Below are positions 26,175 through 39,128 of a stretch of DNA of 64,000 nucleotides, piece by piece. The position numbers were made by a program, and so were the translations under genes. The notes under the pieces were generated by a model. That model was not told the DNA's origin. It did no database searches and saw nothing but the letters and a program-made list of their open reading frames with translations. The first letter of the stretch is position 1, and every line of letters starts with the position of its first letter. Source of the stretch: Callorhinchus milii (lineage: Eukaryota); NCBI RefSeq assembly GCF_018977255.1, contig NW_024704842.1, positions 62,001 through 126,000 of the forward strand, read 5' to 3'.

Positions 26175-28965
26175 TCCTCACCGTCTCTCTCTCCTTCTCT
26201 CTCTCTCTGTCCCTCACCGTCTCTCTCTCCTCTCCCTCAGCGTCTCACTCTCCTTCTCTCTCTCACCGTCTCACTCTCCTTCTATCTCTCACTCTCTCTG
26301 TCCCTCACCGTCGCTCTCTCCTTCTATCTCTCTCTCTGTCCCTCACCGTCTCTCTCTCTCTCTCTGTCCCTCACCGTCGCTCTCTCCTCTCTATCTCTCT
26401 CCCTCACCGTCTCACTCTCCTTCTCTCTCACTCTTTCCCTCACCGACTCACTCTCGCTCACTCTGTCCCTCGCCGTCTCTCTCTCCTCTCTCTCTCCCTC
26501 ACCGTCTCTCTCACCTTCTCTCTCTCTCACTCTCTTTGTCCCTCACCGTCTCTCTCTCCTTCTCTCCCTCACNNNNNNNNNNNNNNNNNNNNNNNNNNNN
26601 NNNNNNNNNNNNNNNNNNNNNNNNNNNNNNNNNNNNNNNNNNNNNNNNNNNNNNNNNNNNNNNNNNNNNNNNNNNNNNNNNNNNNNNNNNNNNNNNNNNN
26701 NNNNNNNNNNNNNNNNNTCCTTCTCTTCCTCACCGTCTCTCCCCTGCTCTCTCTCTCTCCCTCACCGTCTCTCTCTCTCTCTGTGTCCCTCATCGTCACT
26801 GTCTCTCCTTCTCCCTCTCTCTCACTCACTGTCTCTCTCTCCTTCACTCTCTCGCCCTCCCTCACGGTNNNNNNNNNNNNNNNNNNNNNNNNNNNNNNNN
26901 NNNNNNNNNNNNNNNNNNNNNNNNNNNNNNNNNNNNNNNNNNNNNNNNNNNNNNNNNNNNNNNNNNNNNNNNNNNNNNNNNNNNNNNNNNNNNNNNNNNN
27001 NNNNNNNNNNNNNNNNNNNNNNNNNNNNNNNNNNNNNNNNNNNNNNNNNNNNNNNNNNNNNNNNNNNNNNNNNNNNNNNNNNNNNNNNNNNNNNNNNNNN
27101 NNNNNNNNNNNNNNNNNNNNNNNNNNNNNNNNNNNNNNNNNNNNNNNNNNNNNNNNNNNNNNNNNNNNNNNNNNNNNNNNNNTATCTCCCTCTNNNNNNN
27201 NNNNNNNNNNNNNNNNNNNNNNNNNNNNNNNNNNNNNNNNNNNNNNNNNNNNNNNNNNNNNNNNNNNNNNNNNNNNNNNNNNNNNNNNNNNNNNNNNNNN
27301 NNNNNNNNNNNNNNNNNNNNNNNNNNNNNNNNNNNNNNNNNNNNNNNNNNNNNNNNNNNNNNNNNNNNNNNNNNNNNNTCTTAGTCCCTCACCGTCTCTC
27401 TCACTCTCTGTGCCTCAACGCCTCTCATCTATCTCTCTCCCTCACCGTCTCTGTCTCCTTCTCTCTCTCTCTCTCTCTCTATCCCTCTCCCTCTCTCTCT
27501 CCTTCTCTCTCTCTCTGTCCCTCACCGTCTCTCTCTCCTCTCCCTCACCGTCTCACACTCCTTCTCTCTCTCACCGTCTCTCTCTCCTTTCTCTCTCCAT
27601 CTCCGTCTCTCTCTCCTTATCTCCCTCTCTCTTTGTCCCTCACCGTCTCTCTCTCTCTGTGCCTCAACGCCTCTCCTCTATTTCTCTCCCTCACCGTCTC
27701 TGTCTCCTCTCTCTCTCTCTATCTATCCCTCACCGTCTCTCTCTCCTTCTCTCTCTCTCTGTCCCTCACCGTCTCTCTCTCCTCTCCCTCACCGTCTCAC
27801 TCTCCTTCTCTCTCTCACCGTCTCACTCTCCTTCTATCTCTCACTCTCTCTGTCCCTCACCGTCGCTCTCTCCTTCTATCTCTCTCTCTGTCCATCACCG
27901 TCTCTCTCTCTCTTTCTCTCTGTCCCTCACCGTCGCTCTCTCCTCTCTATCTCTCTCCCTCACCGTCTCACTCTCCTTCTCTCTCACTCTTTCCCTCACC
28001 GACTCACTCTCCTTCTCTCGCTCACTCTGTCCCTCACCGTCTCTTTCTGCTCTCTCTCTCCCTAAACGTCTCTCTCACCTTCTGTCTCTCTCACTCTCTC
28101 TGTCCCACACCGTCTCTCTCTTCCTCCTCCTCACCGTCTCACTCTCCTTCTCTCCTCTCACTCTCACTGTCCCTCACCGTCTCTCTCACACTCACCGTCT
28201 CTCTCACTCACCGTCTCTCTCACTCACCGTCTCTCTCACACTCACCGTCTCTCTCCACTCACCGTCTCTCTCACTCACCGTCTCTCTCACACTCACCGTC
28301 TCTCTCACACTCACCATCTCTCTCCCACTCACCGTCTCTCTCACACTCACCGTCTCTCTCACACTCACCGTCTCTCTCACACTCACCGTCTCTCTCTCTC
28401 TCTGTGTCCCTCATCGTCACTGTCTCTCCTTCTCCCTCTCTCTCACTCACTGTCTCTCTCTCCTTCTCTCTCTCGCCCTCCCTCACGGTCTCTCTCTCCT
28501 TCNNNNNNNNNNNNNNNNNNNNNNNNNNNNNNNNNNNNNNNNNNNNNNNNNNNNNNNNNNNNNNNNNNNNNNNNNNNNNNNNNNNNNNNNNNNNNNNNNN
28601 NNNNNNNNNNNNNNNNNNNNNNNNNNNNNNNNNNNNNNNNNNNNNNNNNNNNNNNNNNNNNNNNNNNNNNNNNNNNNNNNNNNNNNNNNNNNNNNNNNNN
28701 NNNNNNNNNNNNNNNNNNNNNNNNNNNNNNNNNNNNNNNNNNNNNNNNNNNNNNNNNNNNNNNNNNNNNNNNNNNNNNNNNNNNNNNNNNNNNNNNNNNN
28801 NNNNNNNNNNNNNNNNNNNNNNNNNNNNNNNNNNNNNNNNNNNNNNNNNNNNNNNNNNNNNNNNNNNNNNNNNNNNNNNNNNNNNNNNNNNNNNNNNNNN
28901 NNNNNNNNNNNNTCTCTCTCCTTCTCTCTCTATCCCTCACGGTATCTCTCTCTCTCTCTCTCTCC
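25320..28965. repeat. Gapped polypyrimidine (CT)n satellite with CCCTCACCGTCTCTC subunit
   Basis: About 3.6 kb including several N runs; source of the spurious 700-1300 aa ORFs. Confidence 0.95.
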
Positions 28966-29110
28966 GTATCCGGAGCCGCCGCTGACGGCCGCCGCGTGCG
29001 AAGACGCAATGACGCAGGGCCGGGAGTCCCGCCCGCGCGGTGACGTCGGCACGTACGGCGCCGTACGGCACCGCTCTCCGCTGGGCCGCCATGTTGTACG
29101 GCGCGGCTTC
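28965..29110. promoter_or_regulatory. Small CpG island with CRE, GC box and YY1-like motif
   Basis: Very CpG-dense; TGACGCA, TGACGTC, CCCGCCC and GCCGCCATGTT. Confidence 0.5.
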
Positions 29111-29124
29111 TGCATTAACAACAA

Positions 29125-29647
29125 CAGCAACAATAATAATAATAATAATCCTCGCATTTGATATAGCGCTTTTCACGTCGGCAGGACGTCCCAAAGCGCT
29201 TCACAGAACGCACTGTCGAATGAATTGACTGTATATTTGTGGGAGAACGCGGCAGTCAATTGCGCACAGCAATGTCCCACAAACATTCGTCTGTTGGAAA
29301 TGACCATCATTTTTGTTTGGTTTTTTTTTTTGGAGGGATTATTATTCTCTTTGACCGAGTCTTCAGCTCCACTCTCGACACTCTTCCCCCTCCTCGCTCC
29401 CTCCCTTCCCTCCCCTCACCCTGACCATTTCCCCCCTGCTCGGGTCATGACCCAACTGTGCAGCGCCTTGGGACGTCCTCCTGACGTGAGAGGCGCTTTA
29501 TAAATGGAATCTTGTTGTTGTTGTTGTATTAGGCTCTGTGTGGAGTAAGGAAACTTGCCCAAGGTTTGGCCCTCTGCCTGGAATTGATCTCAGGTCTCTC
29601 AATTGCAAAGCGTGTGCTCTAACCACTGAGCTACAGGACTACAGGAC
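29125..29647 (-). mobile_element. tRNA-headed SINE interrupted by a plus-strand L2 3' end (about 29346-29528)
   Basis: SINE body GGAGGGATTATTATT | AGGCTCTGTGTGGAGTAAGG is split by the L2 tail ending (TTG)n. Confidence 0.75.
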
Positions 29648-29699
29648 TCCACAAGTTCTGGTTGGGGGGAGGGGGGCAGTGAACCCTACCCTCTGGAGA

Positions 29700-30060
29700 C
29701 CTTTAATGCGCCGTTACACTTGAGCAAATTGCGTCTTTTCAACAACCGCCACCTCCACGCAGTGCAGCGTCTCAGAGCGCTTAACAGTGGTGGAGTTTGA
29801 CCGCTTCGGGGAGGGTGGGAGGTGACACGGTCGGAAGGGAAGATTTTCAGGCGGGACTTGAAAAGGGGGAAAGGGTCAATGCGGGAAGATTGAGGGAGAG
29901 AGTTCCAGATTTTCGGGGTATCAGTGGCTGAAAGGGCGACCGCCAATGGTGGAGCGGATGGCGGGGGGGACAAGGTGGAGGCCGGTGCCAGACGAGCGGA
30001 GGCGCCTAGTGGTGGATTGGGGAGTGAGGACGTCGTGGAGCGGGGGGAGGAGAGGGGGGA
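29700..30060 (-). mobile_element. L2 LINE 3' fragment
   Basis: ..PKIWNSLP..FKSRLK.. followed by an L2-type tail on the minus strand. Confidence 0.7.
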
Positions 30061-30069
30061 CATTAATTG

Positions 30070-30295
30070 CACATTAAACAAAGGGACATTTAATGCTCAG
30101 TTTCAATAGGTGCAAATCGTATCTATCCAACTGCACATTAAACAAAGGGACATTTAATGTGCGGTTTTATTTGATGTAAGTTGTACGTATTGAACGCCAC
30201 ATTGAACAAACGGACATTTAATGTGCGGTTTAATTTGATATATATTGTAGGTATTGAACGCCACATTAAAAAAAAGGAAATTTAATGTTGAGCAT
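30070..30295. repeat. 4 x 64-bp tandem repeat, each unit with an internal palindrome
   Basis: Units start at 30070, 30134, 30198 and 30262; (G)CACATTAAA-10 nt-TTTAATGTG(C). Confidence 0.85.
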
Positions 30296-31366
30296 TGAAT
30301 CAGCGCCTTGGGACGTACTCCCGACGTGAAAGGCGCTCAATAAGTGGAATCTTGTTGTTGCTGTTGTTGTTGAATCACAGTAAGGAATCTGCCAACTAAG
30401 ATACCTAAATTAAATTGAACAAAGTGAGCTTGAGTTTTCTTCTGTATTTTAACCAAAACAATGACCATATTGGTATTAACAAAATCAAGCACATTTGTTA
30501 CCGAAATGAGAAATATTTACGTGCGGCTGCTTACTTGGGAGAAAGACAATAAAATATAAATGATGCCATTTTTATTGCTTCTTGAGCAAACTAAAGCCAC
30601 GTGGCAGACAAATCTTTGTAAACTACAGTTGTACCATCACCAGTGTATATGAGGGAACTATGTCACCTGTAACAGGAAGCACCTGTTATCGCTGACAAGT
30701 CAACTAGTTACAGAGGAAGAACATGACAATTTATGTAAGTTGCAGCTCATGTTATGATGGTTTTTGGTTCGCCATCTGCTGGTCGTTTGTAGCTAAAGCA
30801 CGTGTACAGTTGGAGACATTTGATAGCAAACAGTTCACAGCCAATCTTATCTTTCCCGGTTGTGAGTAGTGTGTGTAAATTCAAGCGGTAATTTTTGATG
30901 TTTTTCTTCTTATTGAAACATCACATAAGCACATGCACGCGTGGCGAGGATGCCAAGAAAGCTGGACTTTTGAAGTTATTTATGTGAATATAGCATTGTT
31001 ATATTTAACAATAGTAACAGTAAAATGCATTGCATTCGTGCATTTGATAAAGCGCCATTTCTCGCAATCGAAACACTTAAAATCGCTTCACAGAATAGGC
31101 TGTATACTAATTAACTGTATATTTGGTGGTTGAAACACAGCAGCCAATTGATCACATAGTGTTTCACTGGATAGAGTGTGCAATTTATTATTAATATTAT
31201 TATTTTGTAGGAATTATTACGCCTCGAAAATCGATTCGCCAATAGAACAACAACCGGGTTCCTACTTTTACTGCTCGGCAAACAGATTTTCGTGCGTGTG
31301 GAATACGGAAACGTGCATAATGCGAGGCAAATCCTCTCTCCACTGAGCTACAGGACGCCACATGGC

Positions 31367-31405
31367 AGTTTTTGTAGGGAGGAATCGCTCATCTGTGCCA
31401 CTGTG
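31367..31405 (-). other. 23-RSS of V at 31406
   Basis: CACAGTG, 23 nt, ACAAAAACT. Confidence 0.95.
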
Positions 31406-32267
31406 GGGCTCAGTGCACAGTAATACCCCGCGGAGTCTATAACTCTCACTTGTAGTATATTCATGTGAACCGTTGTCTCCGCTTGAGACACATTCGTTGA
31501 GAAACGTTCTTTTGCAAAGTCTGCATGTTGCTGCTTGTTATTTCTGATGTACGCATTAAGGATATATTCTGGAGCTTTATTGGCATAATGACGGTACCAG
31601 AACAGATATGTATCGCTGCCGCTTGTAGCTGTGTAGTTACACTGCAGATAAACAGCCTCTCCTTCATTCACTGTCACAGCAGATTGGAGCTGTGTCACAG
31701 AATCTCCTCCACAATATCCTGGGAACAAGACAGAAATCAGCGTTCAATACAATAAGAACGTTAATAATAATACTATTACCTCTATGTGATACAACGACTC
31801 ATCGTGTCTTCGAAACATTAAAAATTACTTCACGGAAAACACATTAATTGTATTTCTTGGGACAATGCAGCACCCATTTATGCAATAGCACACAAGCAGT
31901 CTTGGTTTGATTGAATGAATCGTGAAGAAAATCGTAGGGATTCTCCTACCATGAAAATCCATTCGCAAATTCACTTACAACGGATTCCTACAGCTATTGA
32001 AACAGAGTCGTGTGTTCGTAGTAACCAAATTCACCTGAGGTTTCACCCTGACCACGAATCAAACCCAGGTCCTCTCTCTTGCTATGCGAGTGCTATATCA
32101 ACTGAGCTACAGGACGCTGTAACCGCACAAGTCCTGTAGTGTTTTGCTTATCTCATACAATAAAATAGGCGTTGGACAATATTTGCGGGATACAGACTTG
32201 TTGATTGAGATGATGGCTTACCTGACAAGATAACGATGGCAGCTGCCACGAAGATATACATTGTCAT
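31406..32267 (-). CDS. TRAV: TCR alpha/delta-type V segment, apparently functional: leader 32267-32222 (MTMYIFVAAAIVILS), V exon 31718-31406
   Basis: 46-nt leader with GTAAG donor, TTCCCAG acceptor; C23, W41 and DSAGYYCALS present; open frame; RSS follows. Confidence 0.9.
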
Positions 32268-34071
32268 ATGTATTTAATGGCAACGGGCGTTGAGAGAGCG
32301 TTGAAGGCGTAGTTGGAGAATGTTGGCTGGAGGAGCAAGTAATATACAGTGATGAGCTGAATAAGAAATGATATACAAAGTTGCCATATCCTGTGAAGGA
32401 GCAGGACTGAGGGTCACGTACAAACCTTGTGCCTTTCTCGTTGCTCGTCATCTTCTCTGCGCTGCCATCTCGATTCTCCATTGGTTCTCTTCCATCACTG
32501 ACGTGTCTCTGTGGAGCCGAGTTTCTGACACATGGAGCAAGTTACACCCTCCTTAAGTTCCTCCAATGCTTGTACATGAGTTCCACTTTTGTGTTCCCTT
32601 GAAGGACTCATCCTGATTAGTTAACTTTTCATGTCACGAGGCGGAGACTGGCCAAGAAACAAGACTAGGGGCAGGTAAATCTCTGTTGGGATACATTCTG
32701 ATCATGTAAATATTAATTTTTTTCCATTACTCATGTCCAAGCTTGGTTATGCCAACTGACCTTTGGCAGGTAATCCCTCCCGTCCCTTCACAAGCTGCAA
32801 ATTTTGCACATCTCTGCTTCTGTAGTGACAATAATCAGTGCATTTGATGTAGTTCCTTCTCACGTTACTGCGACGTCTCATAGCGCTTCTCAATTTATGC
32901 ATTAAACTGTAGTGACTGTTTATTTTGTGGACTAAATGCGGCAGCCCATGTGCACGTAGGTTTGTCTCACAAAGAGTGCAAGATGCGGTGCGCACATTTG
33001 AAAAACTAGTCCGGTTAACGGGGATAACAACTTCTCAAACGATTTTCGCTGAACCGCGACTGTTGTGTGAAATTGGTTCCCGAGTTTCGCCCATAAAATT
33101 CACAGTCACGACACATTATACTGTATTATCTGCAGTGCTGTGAGGCATCGCGGAGACGAGATGAAGCGTGGTATCAAATGTCAAGAATTATTGTGATATA
33201 GATGGTTAAAACGAGGTCGGACGTTGTATTAAGTGGAAGCCCCTGAGTGTGTGCAGGCGGCTGGATACTTTCTGCCAGTTACTGTGTTGTGCGATTTATT
33301 TCGCGGAATGATCCTTCATACATAATCATATATTTTTGTTAAACTGGTGTCTGACATATGTGGAAACCATTTCCATGCATATGATTATCCAAACCCATCT
33401 TTGAGTTACAGTAAAAGCGCTTGTAAATAACATAACGATTTATCACTTGTCCGAGTCGACTGTACGGTCTTCAGAGGGTACCGTGTAAAGTGCATCGACA
33501 GTGTATTTTGTGAACAACACCTGGCAGCCAAGTTCATACTGCAGCGTCTCACAAACAGTCTTTGATCGAGTGATCCATTTTGTTGATGGATTATTACACC
33601 CGAAAAAGAGATCATCCAAACTACTGTCAAACGGGTTCCTATGTCCGGCTCAGTAAACCAATAAAAGTAATAATAAACTTCGTATTTAATATAGTGCTTT
33701 ATCACGTATTCGATGATACATAGCATTTGGTAGTCTGTACCGTGGAGTGAATTGACTGCTTGTGTTATGGGCAAGATATCACAGCCATTTGCGCGCAGCA
33801 AATGTGGATTGAAACAGTTGTGGATTGAAATTTTTTCTCTATATATAGGAATTATTACCATCGGAAAAGCGATCCGTCAATCAACCAACAACCATATTCC
33901 GACTTACTGCTGGATAAAGAGACGCATGTGGAGTAACGAAACTTGACCAACATTTTAACCTGCCCGTATTGAACCCAATGACCTCGCTCGCGAGGCAAAT
34001 GTTCTAACCATTGAGCTGCAGTAAACATAGAATGCTTTTGTACAGGTCCCTCTTAGACACGGAGCACTGTG

Positions 34072-34538
34072 CTCGCCGCACAGAAGTAAGTGGCGGTGTT
34101 TGACACTCGCAAGTCTTGGATTCTTAGAGTGCAGTTTCTCTGTCTTGTATTAGCCAAAGCTCTTAGCCTCTTAGCCTGTCCTTCACATCGATCTCTCTTG
34201 TTCCCAAAACCAAGAACCGGATGGAGCCGTTTCCATGTTGCGTGTACCAATGAAAGGTTGGGTCGGACACAGTGGTGTTGCACTCCATAGATACGTTTCC
34301 ATTTTCATTCCCTGTCACGGCCTGAGGTGACTGTGAAACACCAATTTCAGCCAAGACACCTGGAAAGAAAGCAGAAATGAACACACTTGCAAAGGAATTA
34401 GGAAAGTGTCTGCCGCGATAAGCTGTAATTATTTAGCAGGTGAAAAAGAATTTGTTTATCCAAATTCGTACACTACTTACACAAAAACTTAATTGTTAAA
34501 TTCCAAATAATATACGTTGTGCTGAAAATCTGCTTCAT
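34072..34538 (-). pseudogene. TCR V pseudogene: leader 34538-34481, V exon 34359-34072, frameshifted
   Basis: VSQSPQAV..VSMECNTT..FHWYTQHG..; an 8-nt tandem duplication (AGGCTAAG) shifts the frame before RNCTLRIQDLRVSNTATYFCAA. RSS CACAGTG-23-ACAAAAGCA at 34071-34033. Confidence 0.88.
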
Positions 34539-35659
34539 TCTCGACTCACTTCGATTCACGTCAATATATCTGGATGAATTGCAACCAGAAATCGTCTAAA
34601 GTCAGCGTCTGGTGGATAAACGTTTGTTCACTTGAGAGGTTGACTCTTATCCCCGCGTCAATACTTTGTCTTTGTTCATTGCTGGAGATGTATTGCGACT
34701 CCTCCTATCGTTTATGTTCAGATTCCCTTCGCCTCGCAGTGGCAAACCTTAACGTTTGAAAGAGACAGTATAGAGGGAGCCAGTTGCAAAGACGGAAGCA
34801 AAGCTACAGTTAAAAATAACAATAATCCTTGCATTTGTTGTAACGCCTTATCAGATCGTTGAGACGACTCAAAGTGCTTCTCAGAACATAATGTAAAGTT
34901 AATTGACTACACAATTTGTGGACGCAGAACTGCAGATAACTACCGACAGAGGTGCCCCACACATACTTGGCTTCTTTTCTGTGAGCCACGTGTGGGACGG
35001 GTTGTGACGCTGTGTAAGTTAACAGAATGTTGATTGAATTAGATTTTGGCCTTACGTTCATTTTGATGTAGATTCATGTCCTACTGACATGAAAGGCTCT
35101 GTGCCAATGATTATTATCCTGCTTTTTGGGGAGTGGGAGGAGGGTATTGGTCGGAGTTCAATGGCTCCAAGTTATTGTTCTGCTTATACACTGCCCCTTT
35201 TGCCCCTCCACACAAAGCCTCAGTCTCACCCTCTGTGTTTCTCGCTCTCCCACACAGTGTGTCCATCACATTCAGTTTCTCTCTCACACACGGTCTCTCA
35301 CNNNNNNNNNNNNNNNNNNNNNNNNNCAAACTGTCTCTAAAATACTCTCAGACACTCTGCCTCCCACACTCTCTCTGACACACTCCCTCTCACACTCACT
35401 GTCTCACACAAACTCTCTCTCACACTCACTGTCTCTCACACACTCTCTCACAGAATGTCTCTCATACACTCTCACATATTATGTCTCTCACAATGTCTCT
35501 CACTCTGAGTTTCTCATACTCTGAGTTGATCTCTCTCCATCTGTATCATTCACACGCATCTCTCACACACAATGTCTCTCATGCTTTCTCTCCCTCTTTG
35601 TCACTCTCACTCTTATCTCTCACATTAACATTCTCTCTCACACACTGTGTCTCTCAAAA

Positions 35660-36840
35660 TCTCAGAATCAGGTGACATGATAAATTGAGGTCCAATTTGT
35701 GCTGTGTTCAGAACAGTAGTGAAAGATGCCGGAACACTTTAGGGGAAAGAGAAAGAGTTTCTCCAGGTAATAAATTCCAGACCAACTGAATTCAAGCTGT
35801 ATGAAATGGTTAATTTTGGAAATGGTGCAAATCGCAAAGGCTGATGTGTATCTGAACCACTGTCATGGTGTTGGCTTAGCAACGTTACCGGATATAAAGC
35901 ACAAACCACAGAAACCTTCCTGTAAAAGGGCTCAAACATTCAACTGCAAATGGATAAGAAATAATTAGAAATACAGGAATTTTTTAGGAAAGATTTTTCT
36001 CTGTATTACTCTGGACAGTAAATCTGCTTTGAATTTCCAATCTACTTTTTTAATAATAATCCTTGCCTTTGATCTCGCGCCTCAACACACCATCGTGGTT
36101 CAGAGAATTATTCAATATTTCAGACAAGACGTTATTGAGAATCAAACTGCACTTATGCCAGAAAACCAGAAGGTCGCACATGAAGCATACAACCTTAATC
36201 AGTAGATTGAGCAAAACTTGTCACTAACAGCTTTACTTTCTACCCCACATTCATTCCCTGATCAGAACCATTTTTTTCCACTTCCATCACATTGTTCGCT
36301 TGAATCCTTACCTCACACCCCACAGCAGCTAAAATACTCCCACGCCTCCATCACTTCCCAGCTGGGCTATTCCAAGGCGCTCCTCGCTGGTTCCCCCAGC
36401 TTTACAATACACAAAATACTTTTAAAACAAAATTACTCTGCCCAGTTTGGACTAGTTTTGAAACAGAGCTCAGCTCAGCAATAGAGAAGGAGAGAGTTGG
36501 TGAGTGTTTGTGAGAAAGATGTTGTGAAGATATAGGGGAAAGAAAAGGGAGTTGCTCCAGGTGTTATTGTCCAGACCAGCTCAATTCAAGCCGTATGAAA
36601 GGTTTAATATTGGACATGGTGTCAAATGACGAAGGCTATCGAACAGCTGAACCAGTGTCATGATTCCTTGTTAGCAGATTTGCCACATACAAAGCACATC
36701 CCACGCAAACCTCTCTGCAAAAAGGGCTCAAACATTTAACTGCAATAGGAAGATAAGCAACGAAACCCAACCGCAGAACATCTGGAGAGGAAATTTGCCG
36801 TTACATTTCTCTGGACAGAAACCCAATTTGAATCTCCAAG
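35660..36840. repeat. Two further copies of the same module, between the inverted V pseudogenes
   Basis: Same core near 35830-36020 and 36630-36820. Confidence 0.75.
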
Positions 36841-37090
36841 CTTTTTAACAACAATAATAATCCTTACATTTTATATAGCGCCTTATCAACTCTAATGTAT
36901 AATGTTGTGACTGTATGTTTTATTGGCCAAACACAGCATTACTATTTTACATGAANNNNNNNNNNNNNNNNNNNNNNNNNNNNNNNNNNNNNNNNNNNNN
37001 NNNNNNNNNNNNNNNNNNNNNNNNNNNNNNNNNNNNNNNNNNNNNNNNNNNNNNNNNNNNNNNNNNNNNNNNNNNNNNNNNNNNNNNNNN

Positions 37091-37905
37091 GTGTGTGTGT
37101 TCAGCCTGGCTGTGTGTGTGTATGTATGTGTATGTGAGCATGTGTCCAGCCTGGTTCAGTGTGTGTGTCAGCCTTGCTCAATTTGTGTGTGTGTGTCCAG
37201 GCTATCTGTGTGTATATTTGTGTGTGTGTGTATGTCCAGCCTAACACAGTGTGTGTGTGTGTGTCAGCCTGGAACAGTGTGTGTGTGTGTGCGTGTGTCC
37301 AGCCTGGCTGTGTGTGTGTGTGTGTGTGTGTGTGTCCAGCCTGGTTCCGTGTGTGTGCATGTGTCCATCCTGGCTCAGTGTGTGTGTCCAGCCTGGCTGT
37401 GTGTGAGTTTGTGTGTGTGTTCAGCCTGACCCAGTGTGTGTGTGTCCAGCCTGGCTGTGTGTGTGTGTGTGTGTGTGTCCAGCCTGGCTCAGTGTGTATG
37501 TCCAGCCTGACTCGGTGTGCTTGTCTGCATGTGCCCAGCCTGGCTCCGTGTGTTTGCATGTGTCCAGCCTTCTCAGTGTTTGTGTTTCCAGCCTTTCTGT
37601 GTGTGTGTGTGTGTGTGTGTTTGTGTGTTCAGCCTTGTTCCGTGTGTGTGTGTCCATCCTGGCTCAGTGTGTGTGTCCAGCCTGACTGTGTTTGTGTTTG
37701 TGTGTGTGTCCAGCCTGGCCCAGTGTGTGTGTGTGTGTGTGTGTGTGCATGTTTCCAGCCTGGCTCAGTGTGTTTGTGTGTGTCCAGCCTGGCTCAGTGT
37801 TTGTGTGTGTCCAGCCTGGCTCAGTGTGTGTGTGTATGTCCAGCCTGGCTCAGTGTGTGTGTGTGTGTGTGTCCAGCCTGGCTCAGTGTGTGTGTCCAGC
37901 CTGAC
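37091..37905. repeat. (GT)n satellite punctuated by CCAGCCTGGCT
   Basis: Direct inspection; abuts an N gap. Confidence 0.9.
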
Positions 37906-38670
37906 TCGGAGAGACCGTGTGTGAGAGAGAAACTGAATGTGATGGACACACTGTGTGGGAGCGAGAGAAATACAGAGGGTGAGACTGAGGCTTTGTGTGG
38001 AGGGGCAAAAGGGGCAGTGTATAAGCAGAACAATAACTTGGAGCCAGTTAAACTCCCAAGAATACCCTCCTCCCCCTCCCCAAAAAGCAGGATAATAATC
38101 ATTGGCACAGAGCCTTTCATGTCAGTAGGACATGAATCTACATCAAAATGAGCGTAAGGCCAAAATCTAATTCAATCAACATTCTGTTAACTTACACAGC
38201 GTCACAACCCGTCCCACACGTGGCTCACAGAAAAGTAGCCAAGTATGTGTGGGGCACCTCTGTCGGTAGTTATCTGCAGTTCTGCGTCCACAAATTATGT
38301 AGTCAATTAACTTTACATTATGTTCTGTGAAGCACTTTGAGTCGTCTCAACGATCTGATAAGGCGTTACAACAAATGCAAGGATTATTGTTATTTTTAAC
38401 TGAAGCTTTGCTTCCGTCTTTGCAACTGGCTCCCTATATACTGTCTCTTTCAAACGTTAAGGTTTCCCGCTGCGAGGCGAAGGGAATCTGAACATAAACG
38501 ATAGGAGGAGTCGCAATACATCTACAGCAATGAACAAAGACAAAGTAATGACGCGGGGATAAGAGTCAACGTCTCAAGTGAACAAACGTTTATCCACCAG
38601 ACGCTGACTTTAGACGATTTCTGGTTGCAATTCATCCAGATATATTGACGTGAATCGAAGTGAGTCGAGA

Positions 38671-39128
38671 ATGAAGCAGATTTTCAGCACAACGTATATT
38701 ATTTGGAATTTAACAATGAAGCTTTTGTGTAAGTAGTGTACGAATTTGGATAAACAAATTCTTTGTCACCTGCTAAATAATTACAGCTTATCGGGGCAGA
38801 CACTTTCCTAATTCCTTTGCACGTGTGTTCATTTCTGCTTTCTTTCCAGTTGCCTTGGCTGAAAGTGGTGTTTCACAGTCACCTCAGGCCGTGATAGGGA
38901 ATGAAAATGGAAATGTATCTATGGAGTGCACCACCACTGTGTCCAGCCCAACCTTTCATTCGTACACGCAACATGGAAACGGCTCCATCCGGTTCTTGGT
39001 TTTGGGAACAAGAGAGATCGATGTGAAGGACAGGATAAGAGCTTTGGTAATATAAGACAGAGAAACTGCACGCTCACAATCCAAGACCTGCGAGTGTCAG
39101 ACACCGCCACTTACTTCTGGGCGGAGAG
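38671..39128 (+). pseudogene. TCR V pseudogene, inverted paralog of 34072-34538: leader 38671-38728, V exon 38850-39128
   Basis: W41 to S (FHSY), 1-nt deletion at RAL(A)N, C104 to W (YFW). RSS CACAGTG-23-ACAAAACAT at 39129-39167. Confidence 0.88.

Noticed and set aside
25095-29161. ORFs of 723-1296 aa
   Set aside because: They are translations of a gapped (CT)n satellite (S/L/P/H only) read through N runs.
30070-30295. CRISPR-like palindromic repeat with spacers
   Set aside because: The spacers resemble each other, the context is vertebrate and there are no cas genes; this is a tandem repeat.
36915-38151. Cys/Val-rich ORFs resembling keratin-associated or metallothionein proteins
   Set aside because: They are translations of the (GT)n-CCAGCCTGGCT satellite.
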